Below, piece after piece: positions 10,370-21,750 of a stretch of 64,000 nt of DNA (positions are counted from its first letter, which is position 1; each line of letters begins with the position of its first letter). The notes under the pieces were generated by a model, which ran no database searches, had not been told where the DNA came from, and worked only from the letters and a program-made list of their open reading frames with translations. The stretch comes from Phoronis australis. Lineage: Eukaryota > Animalia > Phoronida. The DNA lies in the NCBI GenBank assembly GCA_002633005.1, contig NMRA01000212.1:299312-363311 (forward strand), in the 5' to 3' direction. The position numbers and the translations under genes are program-made.

Positions 10370-13290
10370 GTAAAAATTGGAGCGTGCGCAGTATAGAAAT
10401 GGTGAGTTCACGATTTTGGGAACTGAAATAGGAACTGCTCGAAGAAAAAGTTTCATAACGGGAGTATTTGTTCGAGTTGGAAGGAATTAAACACATCGAC
10501 AATCTCCTCAGGTGTTCCTCTACGCGCAAAAGGTATTTATAACAACGTGACTCTGATGGTTTAGTCGGTGCGAGGCATAATTCGCCGAAAAGCTTCCGGC
10601 GTACAGAGCGCATATAGCCTCTGCATCGCCTCTGGTTCGGGCCAACAGAGGCGATGGTCATTGCCTAAAACTATAGGAGCTTCATATGCCCGAAGCTTTT
10701 CGGCAAATTATGCCTCCACTGATTTATTAAAGCATCAAAGTCATGTTGCTATAAGTACCTTTTGCACATAGATGGACAGTTTAGGAGGCCATCGATGTCT
10801 TAATTCCTTCCAACTCGAACAAATACTATGGCATTTTTTCTTTCAGGGTGCAAATTAAGATTTTTTTATGTTATGAAATCATATTGACAGAATTCCTTCA
10901 CCTTTGGCAGATATTTGTATGATGATCTTGTTTTAGCACTGGTACTTATGACATTTACGCATTTTAAAGTATGAAAAAATGTTAATTATGGCCAGAGTAA
11001 TTCAAACTGAAAATAGCCAGAAATCCATCGTTATATTGTTTCACTGAAACATTGCAGGTTTAATACACATGGCGTTTAACTAAATCGCACATTTAATTAA
11101 AATTTAATGTTTTTTCATGATCCTAACATGTATTTCTTGTTTTTCTTCAGGAAATTGCAGGGATCTGAAAAGGCAAACACAATTTTCAGGCACAATTGCA
11201 AAATGATGTCAATGTTATGCAAACACGTAAATTTGCATACGCTCCTTCTCTTACAGCCATGTCTGAAAAAGAAAAGCATTACCCGTGTTTTGAACTGTGT
11301 TTTTTAATGGTTGATGGTATATAGAATTTGATTTAGAAACAACATATTTGTACCAGATGTCCTAGTGATTGGATTCCTCGACCAAATAATATCACAGTCA
11401 CCTAAGAAAAACTGTGTATTCTCCGTAGCCCTGCCTGAATTCCATTAAATTCTTCCATAAATAAAAGATATTTGTTACTGCACATTGAGAATCTTGAAGC
11501 TATTTTTGGCCGACAAAAAATATTAGACCAAGACCTGGATTTGAATTGGTCATAAGCAAAAATGTCTTTCGTATTCTCCGTAGCAGCCTGTATTCTCTGT
11601 AGCCCCCAACTTTGAATTGTTAGTACATGGTTTCAAAGAACTTGTATCTAGGTGCATGTACTGAAGAAATAGAAACAAATAAACTCTCCAAGACAAGAAA
11701 AAATTTTAAAAAAATATTTTTGGGCGGGATTTGAGGCAAGTTTAGCTAAAATTACTTTTTCAGTTTAAACTCGTTATTAATAAAACATGAATGTTCTTTG
11801 GTCATTCAGAAGTGTTGGTATTAACAAGTAAATGAATTATATTGCATTGCTCAAGTGTTCATCCACTTATGAACAGGTATCTGCATATTTCGTATTCTCC
11901 GTAGCCCCCCTCCATGACCTCTGTGTTATGTGAGATTTATGCATTCAATGTTTCCTGATGATGAAAAGTGCTTTCCTGTATTTCTTTGAGGGTAGTTGAT
12001 GGAAATATGCACCTCATTGATGGTGATGTGACTCTGATGATAGTTAAGAGCTGAGTGTGTCCATTATTTTCCATTATGTTATATTTTTGTATTTGCACTA
12101 GTGTGAAGAAAATTGAGACGGAATTATCTCCCTTTTTCTAAACACAACTGTTTTTTGTAATTCAGAAGTAGTAGTATTGACAAGTAAATGAATTCTTTTG
12201 CATTGCTCCAGTATTTTTATTCCCAGAAATAGTTACCTTCGCATTTTGTATTCTCCGTAGCCCCCCAGCACCCCCCNNNNNNNNNNNNNNNNNNNNNNNN
12301 NNNNNNNNNNNNNNNNNNNNNNNNNNNNNNNNNNNNNNNNNNNNNNNNNNNNNNNNNNNNNNNNNNNNNNNNNNNNNNNNNNNNNNNNNNNNNNNNNNNN
12401 NNNNNNNNCCCCCCCCCCCCCACTGAACTCTGTGTTATGTGAGATTTATTTGTGCAAACAATGTTCACTGATAATGAAAAGTGTTTTCTTGTACTTCTTT
12501 GATGGTTTATGGAATTAGGCATTCCTTTTGACAGTGATGTGACTCTGATGATAGTTAAGTGCTAAGTATGTCTAAGGATTAAGTACAATTGCTATGTTTT
12601 ATTTGTATACTCACACCTTGTGAAGCATACACAGGTGTGAACCTAGTTTTTTATATTGATGTTCAGTGATCAAGTACATGAGTTACCAGAGTAATAAACT
12701 TTCTTGTTTCTAAGCCAGATTTAAGCCTTTTCCAACATGGATGTAACGATACCAATGATGTATTCTCCGTAGCCCACATTTCTTATTTTTGTTATTTCAA
12801 CAGGCCAAATCTTAAAAACTAAATCAGGATACTTCACAAAAATTTAACCTGATATTCCCTGTGTCATGTTGAATCCAATAAAAGAAGTCCCAAAGCTGAA
12901 ATTAAAATTTCATAAAGTGCCATTTCTGAAACAAAAGTGTGCACCCTGGGTGAAAAAATGCCAACTACCGTAATCAAACCTTTTTTTAGAGCAGTCCTTC
13001 GTTTAGTTGCCCAAACCAGCACCTGGCCATTTTTACACTGCACGCATCAAGAGCACGCGCAGTGAATAAGTGGCCAGTTGCCAATTTAGGCAACTGAATG
13101 AAGGACTGCTCGAAAAAAGTTTGATTACGGGAGTACTTGTTGGAGTTGAAAGAATTAGACATCAATGGCTGCCTAAAGTGTCCATCTAAGTGCAAAGATG
13201 CTTACAGCAACATAACTTTGTTGTTTTAATTAGCATGATGCATAATTCGTTGAAAAGTTTCTGGCAGATGAAGCGCCTATAGGAGCATCA
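10370..13290. repeat. Foldback array of alternately inverted ~250-bp units, interrupted by the 10829-12963 insertion; further copies at ~13450-13630 and ~25050-25260
   Basis: gagtatttgttcgagttggaaggaatt...gcataattcgccgaaaagcttc and its reverse complement alternate. Confidence 0.8.
10829..12963. mobile_element. Non-autonomous DNA transposon, ~24-bp TIRs, 4-bp TSD ACTA
   Basis: acta|TGGCATTTTTTCTTTCAGGGTGCA ... TGCACCCTGGGTGAAAAAATGCCA|acta; the host repeat resumes after it; internal motif gtattctccgtagc occurs 6 times (one variant). Confidence 0.85.
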
Positions 13291-14904
13291 CCATCTCTAC
13301 TAGGCTCAGTCGAGATGGTGGCCCTGTCTACATTGTTGTGGGTTAGTGATTGGCTCACTCCTGAGGTCAGGGAGGTCGATCTTGATGTGGTTAAAATTTT
13401 TACATGTTCTAGACATGGGCAATGACGCAGTCACAACAAAAATTACTCAATTCTCGATTTTGGTTGGAACATAGTAGTATTCAAAAAAATGTTGATTGAC
13501 GAGTATTTGTTGGAGCTGCAAGGATTTAAAAACTGCAACTGCCTCCAAAGGTGTCCATCTACACTTGAAAAAGGTATTACTAATAGTTTAGCCAGGGTTA
13601 AGCATAATTTGCAGAACATCTTCCAGTGTACAGGATTCATTGACATGTTTCACTTCCTACATTCTGTGTGGTTAGTTTAGCTCATCATGTCATGAAACTT
13701 GTATCAACACGTACAGCACACGACTGGATGGAGTGGACACAAATTCTGAGAGTTGATCGACACTCGCTTTGCCTGGACATTCCGATTGGTTGATTTTGAG
13801 AAGTGCATCAATATACTATGCCATCTATTGAGAAATGTCTCAGTTTGTTGCTACAACCACGAGAACAAACTAAATTGATGCACTCATATTCCTTGATTCA
13901 TGCAAGATTACAGGTGTGAAACAAAACAACAAAATGATTCACTATTTTCCGGATCATTCCAGTACCATAGGCATATGACAAACATATCAAGACATGGGCA
14001 GTGATGCTCACTCAGAAATTCCATGTCATTTGTCATCATTTTGTGGTGCAATATTTTCATATAGGTGGTGCTGTGACGGGGTAGTAATAAAATACTAAAA
14101 AACTGTAAAAAATGAATCTTGTAGAAGAACAATTCATTGAAGAATTGACAAAGAAATATATCTGCCAATAGGGCTGAGAACCCAACACGTGTTATCACTC
14201 TACAAATTTAGGAGTGAAATAACGGTACAATGATAATTTGATTGGCAACTGCAGCCTACTTGCTTTACGTAACGGAATACTGTAGTTTTTAGTGACATTA
14301 ATTTTTGTCTCAGATTTTGTTTTGACAGTTTGGTACTCACATTGTTCTGAAGCTATATTTATACAGTTTTTTACTAAGACAATAACTAGTATGTCCCTCA
14401 GAGCAATCTTCATTGTTTTGAGGTGGCCCCATTGAAAATGAAGGGACATTCCATATTCCGCACATACACCAGAGACTTTTCTAAAAATTATGCTTATGTT
14501 TCATTCAGTTGTTGTACTATTTTCTCTACTTGATTAAAGAAGACAAAAAGGACGCATTTCCCATTCTCCCTGTTCATGAAGCAACATCCTGTAAAAGCTA
14601 ACCATGAATCATGTCGACGACTTTCATAGTTCCACTTGCCTGTAAGCCAGTTTTACTCATTTATTTGCAGCTGCACACAGCAAGATAAAATTTCTCTTTC
14701 AGTTACATGTACATGGCTGGGTTTTGAAGCAGTTAAACTATTGGCTGCTTCACAAGCTTGTTAACACTGCAATAAAACACATACTCAACATGTTAAGGTA
14801 TTGTCACGTTTGTTTTCTTAATTTCACACTGATGTTTGCTATTTATGGTAGTAAATATCTAGTATCTAATGAACCAATCCAACAATTTTTTTTTTCTATT
14901 TTAG

Positions 14905-14921
14905 GTGTATTCTTTAGAAAG
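14905..14921 (+). CDS. ACYP2: Acylphosphatase exon 2 (17-nt microexon)
   Basis: Poly-T tract + tag | GT GTA TTC TTT AGA AAG | GTAAGA = GVFFRK. Confidence 0.92.
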
Positions 14922-15467
14922 GTAAGAAATTAACTCTGCAAGGTCAAGTGAGTTTTTCATTGCTCTTTAAATTTCACTTACAAGTTGCTTTTGTTTAATT
15001 TAAGATGTTGAAGTTTTCTTTTCTATTCTCTACTGTAGTGGTTTAACATATTATTTCATTTTTAAATGCCTTAGATTTTTTATTGTATGCCCATCCGTGT
15101 TGTATGTTAACTCATGTTCTTTGTTATTCTCTGGGAAACATTTTAGAGCTCAGAATTGTTAATATGATTTATTAACATTTCTGATTTTATATTGTATCAC
15201 TTATTACTATTTCAAGTACGTCAATTTCATCAGTGGCAAATTTCATCTCATCCACAAATTAATTGGAACTTAATCTAGTACAACTTAATCTTAAGTTTTC
15301 ATGTGGTCACGTGGTGTGGCCAATAGGTGGCGTGCAGACCAGTCATTTAAAAATGTTTGTAATCTAGTGCAGCGTTGGCAATCGTGAGCTAAGAATCACT
15401 TTCGGGCACTTTGGGGGTTTGAATGATAAGTTCAGTTATATTGTCAGTCACTATTTTATTATTTCAG

Positions 15468-15577
15468 AACACAAAAAGAGCAGCTGACAAACTTGGTCTC
15501 GTGGGATGGGTGAGGAATACCAGCCGTGACACAGTGGTTGGCTGTGTTCAAGGACCTGAAGACAAAATGGTTGAAAT
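15468..15577 (+). CDS. ACYP2: Acylphosphatase exon 3
   Basis: [36 protein letters not shown](M). Confidence 0.94.
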
Positions 15578-16812
15578 GTTAGTAATCTTGGGCACCTTTC
15601 TTGGTTATTGTCATTTTCACTTGCATTAAAATATGTACCAACATGTTTAAAGCTGGATTTCACCTTGTTAAAGGTGAATTTGCATGCTCCTGACTATGCT
15701 AATGTATAGCAGGAACTAAACAACAATGCTATTTTAACATAATCTATGCTAAATAAAGTGCAGTTGTATTCACTGGCAACCTGTAAATGTGAAAGGAGAA
15801 AAATTTCGGAAATAGGTGACCTTTGCACTAATGACATACCTTGCGAGCTCACATAGCCAGCGTCATGCAGCGTCACGATACTTATTGGACACGGTTCAGG
15901 GACTTGCGGCAGATCATTTTCGTCACAAAACTCGTTCTTAAAAACATCTGGCAACTTTCTACCTACTTCATATTCACATCATTGCTATATGTTGTGTTTC
16001 TAACAAATTTGGCCAATCAATCACAGAGATAAGGAATTAGCCTGCAACTTCCACTTTAAGCATGCTAAAAAATGGAAATGGAATTGGGTTTTTTAATCTC
16101 TCAAAAGTGGTCACATAATATTCCTTAGTGTTAGGGATTTGATTTCTACAAGAGCATCAAAACCGTATGAAAACGCTTATTGGGTTGGCCAATGCTGAAC
16201 TTGCGAAATCAAAAATGGCAAAAAATACGCATTACCCATGACTTGAGTCGCTGGCTTATTCAGCAATAATTCAAGAGCGGGTAAGCATAGTGATGTTTTT
16301 AATCCGCCAAGCACTTTGGTTTGGAATTCTATGAACCATTGATCCCCAGCAGTTCTTTTTTTCACAAACTGTAAAATTGTGGAATTCATTGTTATTACTG
16401 ACAGACAATGTGTCTCACATAAGCGACAAAAGCAAAGTTGATGTAACTTGTACATGCACCAACAAGCCTGTGACAATTGAGACTTCCCTGTGACATTTTG
16501 AAAATTTTGAGATGTGACAAATTGTGACTTGCCATTAAACATGAATCTATTCTCTGATAGTGGTGATGTGCACCAAAATTTGGTGACGAATAATATGACA
16601 AACGATACCAGAGTAGATAGCCATGATATTTGTGAAGTAATCAGCCAGTGCTAAGAACTAAACTTTTATTTTTGTAGAATTGTAATGTAAACTGTATTAT
16701 GATGCCAAGGCCTATATACAACGAACATGTCTGATTCTGATAGTTTGACGAGAATTTTTAATTTTCTTTTATAAATTTATATTAAGTTAATAAATATTTC
16801 TTTTTGTTGCAG

Positions 16813-16927
16813 GAGACATTGGTTATCAAAGGTCGGAAGCAAGAACTCAAGAATCGAGAAATGTGATTTTAAAAATGAAAAAACTGTGTCTAAACTGGAT
16901 TTCTCCTCTTTTGAAGTCCGACGATGA
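16813..16927 (+). CDS. ACYP2: Acylphosphatase exon 4 (stop TGA 16925-16927)
   Basis: [37 protein letters not shown]. Confidence 0.93.
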
Positions 16928-17140
16928 TGTTTACAATAACTGTTGCTAGAATTTTACACATATTTACTTTGATGGCATTGTTAGACTACTACACTGTTCC
17001 CCATCTCTTCACTGCTAAAAGTGCTTAGATCTTCTGTGTCTCACAGGTGTTACTTGAACTATTCACTTTTGTTTGTTCACAGTATATAAATGTATTGGTC
17101 TATGAGTTCCTGGTTTAATATTATAATTTTGTTTTTTGTA

Positions 17141-17146
17141 AATAAA
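17141..17146 (+). terminator. Candidate ACYP polyadenylation signal
   Basis: AATAAA ~210 nt after the stop, in U-rich context. Confidence 0.5.
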
Positions 17147-17308
17147 ATATTTTTGACTTATCACATTGCCTGTAAAATGTACGGCCAAAAAGGCCTAGTT
17201 GGGTTAGGAAAGTTTTTGAAATTGATAAGAAAAAGTGATGTGCTTCTCCCCAAACCAACTTCACTGGTTTAGTGACAGGGGTTGATGGCTGGCTGCCAGC
17301 ACCAGTAT

Positions 17309-17469
17309 CGGGGGCGAATCCAGGACTTTTTAAAAGGGAGGTCGGATCAAGGATTTTTTTAAAAAGGGGGTCCTAGTCAACAATTTGAAAATTCTAGATT
17401 TGATATCTCTAAAATCGGGAAAAGAGGGGTCCAGACCCTCTTGACCCTCCACCCCTGGATTCGCCTATG
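17309..17469. mobile_element. Short MITE (hAT-like)
   Basis: ggcgaatccagg...cctggattcgcc TIR; flanks accagtat/atgagtat match at 6 of 8 positions. Confidence 0.6.
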
Positions 17470-19123
17470 ATGAGTATGTGTGAGGCTTATAACCTATTTT
17501 TTAGACATTGATAGCCAAGCAGGTGTTTGGGGGCTGACCTGGCAAGCCAGGACATTTTAAATTTGCTTGCATTTGTTTGTTTGGTTTTTGAATAAATGAT
17601 GAAGACCTTGGCTGAAATTGATGCAGGCAGGTCTTTTTTCTTTAATTAGTGACTTGCAGGTGCCGACCAGAACTATAGCCATGCTTTTTCACCTAACTTT
17701 AACCGTTTTGAAAATAACATTTTGTCTGTTAACAATAAGTGTGATCCGAAAAAACAAGCATGCAGCAGTGTTGTTTAATTCACCGAATGAGTTTTGCCTG
17801 CCTACTATAGCATTCCTTTATGAACCAAAATAACAGATTATTTTAAAATGACTAGCTGGTAAGAATTTGTTAAAAGTTACCTTGTTTGCGTTTCGTAGAT
17901 CTAAGGCAATTGCGACAAAAACTGGTTTGACTGAGTGATTCGCTTGTGATGCATGGAGACATTTCGCGCATACGTAGGTGATCTCTCATTTCTCGAAAGA
18001 AACAGTTGACAGTATGGTTTATCACCGTTCGCCTGCACCTGCTACTATTCCATCTGCACTAGCGCCACTTCAGAGGTTTTTGACCACATACTTCGTTGTC
18101 CGTTACTTTCAAAATGTTCAAAGAGATGGATGTCGCAAAGGCATGTTTATGCGTGGGGAAGGCTTTGAAACCAAATGCTTTTAAATTATTTTTGCCATTA
18201 AATGCCATTCAAAGTGATACTTTTTGTCAAAGAAGTCTTGCACTACACAACAACAACAATACGCCGACTTAAATTTTTGTTTCTCTCACCCTAGTTTTAG
18301 TTTTCCTAGGTCGGTGATTTCCAATTTTCATTGTTGGCAGCCCTCTTTTATGGCATTGGTCTGGTACTAAAATTGTGTTCCGTGTTGACATGTACAAGAT
18401 TCAAGAAATCGGTCGTATATTTTTCTTGAAATATGGGAACCAATTTTGTTCGCTGAGTAGCGTGCGTGTAATTTATTAAATGAAGAAGCAATTGTGTCGA
18501 TATTAATGCCGAGTGAAAACAAAATCGCGATGTCGGTGCATAAACAATAAAAGACGGATATTTTTTTGATAAGGTGATACGGTTTTTTATTTTTCGTATA
18601 AATATTACATAACAAAGTGGCTTGGCGTAGTTTACTGATGAAGATCACGTTTATTCGTTCTCGCCATTTTCCAACCATTTTGAACAGAAGCATTTTTAAA
18701 TTAATATTTTCTTGGAGCAGTATACACACTCTTTAAACTGGTGTCCAAAATGCAACTACATGTTGGGCGACGAATTATTGTTAATTTTCATGCCGAAACT
18801 CTAATTTTTCCGCAGTAGCTGCAAACCTTGAAAGGGATGCTTCGCGTTATTTGTCTCAGTGCAAGACTGCTACACACATTAATGGTATCACATGTTGCAT
18901 CATCAGTCGAGGTGGGAGGCGTTTGGAAAGATGACGAACCGATATATGGCAGAGAGGTTAGACTCGTGATGATGTCCTGATGTGGTTTATTAGAACACTT
19001 CCAGCACAGTAGGCCTACATATCGTTTGGGAACTGGTTCCGTCTTACAAAATTGAGTAATTCCAAAACCAGGATCTGCGGTGTCACGATTTCCAAGATTT
19101 GATCACAATTCACTTGGCTTATC

Positions 19124-19237
19124 CAAGGTACCTAAACTACACGGAGTCAGTGGACGGTGTTTGGCGGTCCGTGAGTCGTGTTCATGCGTCCGTTCCCGTG
19201 TTCTTGAGTCCGTTGACCGTGTAGTTTAGGTACCTTG
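19124..19237. mobile_element. 114-bp MITE, perfect 21-bp TIR, 5-bp TSD TTATC
   Basis: ttatc|CAAGGTACCTAAACTACACGG...CCGTGTAGTTTAGGTACCTTG|ttatc. Confidence 0.85.
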
Positions 19238-19243
19238 TTATCT

Positions 19244-19610
19244 CACGGGTGAGATACAACATGACCGCTGGTCCTCTAAATCGGACTGAATCACCCAAAA
19301 CAGGACCTCCGGGGATCAAATGGGACCGCCGCACCAGAAAATGAGACTGACGCACCTAAAAACATGACCGCCCCACCACAAAACATGATCCGGCCGGGGA
19401 CTGAACATGACCGCCGGACAATATGCGGTTTCAATCCCCGGCGGTCATGTTCAGTCCCCGGCGGTCCTGTTTTCTGGTGGGGCGGTCATGTTTTTAGGTG
19501 CGTCAGTCCCATTTTCTGGTGCGACAGTCCCATTTGATCCCCGGAGGTCCTGTTTTGGGTGAGGCGGTCCGATTTAAGAGGACCGGCGGTCATGTTGTTT
19601 CCCACCCGTG
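19244..19610. mobile_element. 367-bp palindromic MITE, CAC...GTG termini, 5-bp TSD TATCT
   Basis: tatct|CACGGGTG...~170-bp arms...CACCCGTG|tatct; internal catgaccgc repeats. Confidence 0.9.
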
Positions 19611-21169
19611 TATCTTACATGTATACAAACAAATGACAATTCCAATCCATCGCTGCCTAAAGCTATTACTGACAATAAACACAGTGACGTAACGCAATGA
19701 GACGTGATCAGGACTTACGGCGCCTTACATGACCATGTTCAGCATTGAATGGGATTTACATTGTAAGTTTGCTAGCCCTATTATGCAATGTTGCGAAGGG
19801 TACGTAAATATATCACAGTTGCTTTTTTCCTCTCGCTTCCGTAGTTTAGTCTCAAGTTTCGCTCTTGAGATTGTCGATTTAGTGGAGACTGGCCACAGAA
19901 CAGAAATCGATAGTGCTGTGTCTTAATGTTAAAAGGCCGCCCTTTTTAAAACATTGTATTTTCCCCGCCCTATCCTCACCGGGCTTCTGATGTATCTAGG
20001 TATATAAATATTCATTATTTTACATGAAACGTGTATAGTTTATACAGTTGAATATCCCTATTTAACAACAATAAGTAATTACCCGGCGATTAGCTTCGTG
20101 AATCTACCCAAATCACAACTGAAAACAACTGTACTCGCAAAAATTCGTTCTCTGGGAAAGGACTTATGACTCGGGCCCTCGAGTTGGAAAAAATCTCATG
20201 TCCTTTACCATCCACCGTGCAAAAAATATTTCAAGTGTTTGATTAGGTACACAAGGCCACGGACCCAAACTACAATGTGACTAATAACCAAGTTTGTATC
20301 GTGTTAGATCCATACATAGTAGTTTAAAAACGACTTGAGTAAGAACATCAGTACCCGAACGAGGAACAACAGCGCCGGGAGTCGTCTATGGTGTCACAGG
20401 CAGCCGAGTTACGTAGGCCTAACTTGAACAACCTCCGAGATAATGAAATGGAATAATCGGGAATACGAATCTCCGGTATTATTGACTCAGTCAATGATAT
20501 AAATATTTGTCAACATTTCGCTGTTGATGCTTACTCAAACGAATGTAATCCGATTTGTAGCGGGTTCACAAACTTGGGCCCTACGTAGGGAGATTTACAA
20601 CCGTAAGTGCCGGTCAGGCCCTGTGACTAGATGTCTTGTTCGTAGGGCCCGGCTCTTTGGCGGTCACTTTTCGGCGATGACCTATTGTATTAATATACCT
20701 CGAGGGTCCCACACTTCTTGAAATTCTTTGATCTCATTTTAAAATAATAAGTCAACTAGGCCTAAAAGAATAAGCTGTTCTGCACGATTCAAAACCTCTC
20801 TGCTCACCAACGTGTGTGTTTTCTGCCGGAGTAAGTCTGCAGATTTGATGCTCGATCATAATGTTCGCCAAAGTGGTATTTTACACCATGATAGTAAATT
20901 TGATTACCGCTAGGTGTTGTTTTAAGCCGTAAGTTTTATGGTGGTTGTTTTCTTCCTTCTCAGAAAATCAATTGCTGAAGAAGTGCATTTACTCTCCCGG
21001 CTTTAGCTGAGGGTAGGCCACTGAGGGTACGGAATGAAAAAAATCGTGCCTCTGGCTAGCTGCGCACTTCACTCACACTTAATTGGTAGTCCCAATGTTG
21101 TGACTTTTCGTGACATTTTTATTGCTAAGGGAGCTATGCTATGTGTTTCAACTTAGTCTTTACTACTGA

Positions 21170-21440
21170 AGCGAGTTTTAATTGAATTTGGTTCTACCTC
21201 CAGTTACTGAGGTGACGGACTAGCTAATACCTAATCTACTTGGTCATTACATAAATGATGACGTCATTACAACTTTCTCTCGTTCAATGCGAGCCTTCCA
21301 GACCCACGGGCAAGTGTTGATTACTGACGCGAGTTTTCGTTCTACCTCCAGTTACTGAGGTCACGGACTAGCTAATACCTAATTACTTGGTCATTACCTA
21401 TATGATGACGTAAAACAACTTTCTCTCGTTCAAATGAATG
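21170..21440. repeat. ~155-bp tandem duplication
   Basis: ttctacctccagttactgagg(t)acggactagctaatacctaat...caactttctctcgttcaa occurs twice. Confidence 0.85.
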
Positions 21441-21488
21441 CGTGCAGTGAATTCCAGACAACGGCCAATGGTTTAAATCTCCCTTATG

Positions 21489-21750
21489 CATGCGCGCACC
21501 CAGCCTTTATAATATGGGAGGGCTCGAATTTCTGACGGTGTGGACCTTTTTCTGACAAAAAAGCGGGAGGACTAAAAAAACGAGGCACTACCTTCAGAAC
21601 TGTGAACTGTGCGTCTGCGTCTTTTTATAGTGGACTTTCTCGTTTTCCGGGACTTTTTGTTTCTCGAAGTGGGGGACCTTTTTGCCCACTTCGCCAAATT
21701 GGGGTGGCTCTTTCGAGCCCTTGACCCCCCCCCCCTTGGGTGCGCGCATG
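21489..21750. mobile_element. MITE, 14-bp perfect TIR, 5-bp TSD TTATG
   Basis: ttatg|CATGCGCGCACCCA...TGGGTGCGCGCATG|ttatg. Confidence 0.8.

Larger units (their letters stand above)
9655..16927 (+). other. ACYP2: Acylphosphatase (ACYP2-like) gene span; 4 coding exons, 98 aa
   Basis: Exons of 55+17+110+115 nt = 297 nt; [42 protein letters not shown]...; catalytic Arg23 and Asn41 present. Confidence 0.93.

Noticed and set aside
11950-12560. CTGATGA motifs as possible hammerhead ribozyme cores (also ~50541 and ~43117 on the minus strand)
   Set aside because: No properly placed GAAA with the flanking stems.
13340-13400. tRNA/SINE-head-like segment
   Set aside because: A and B boxes are weak and I could not build a cloverleaf.
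20576-20650. 10-bp inverted repeat gggccctacg/cgtagggccc as a structured RNA
   Set aside because: A single short stem with no other support; may be chance or a TE remnant.
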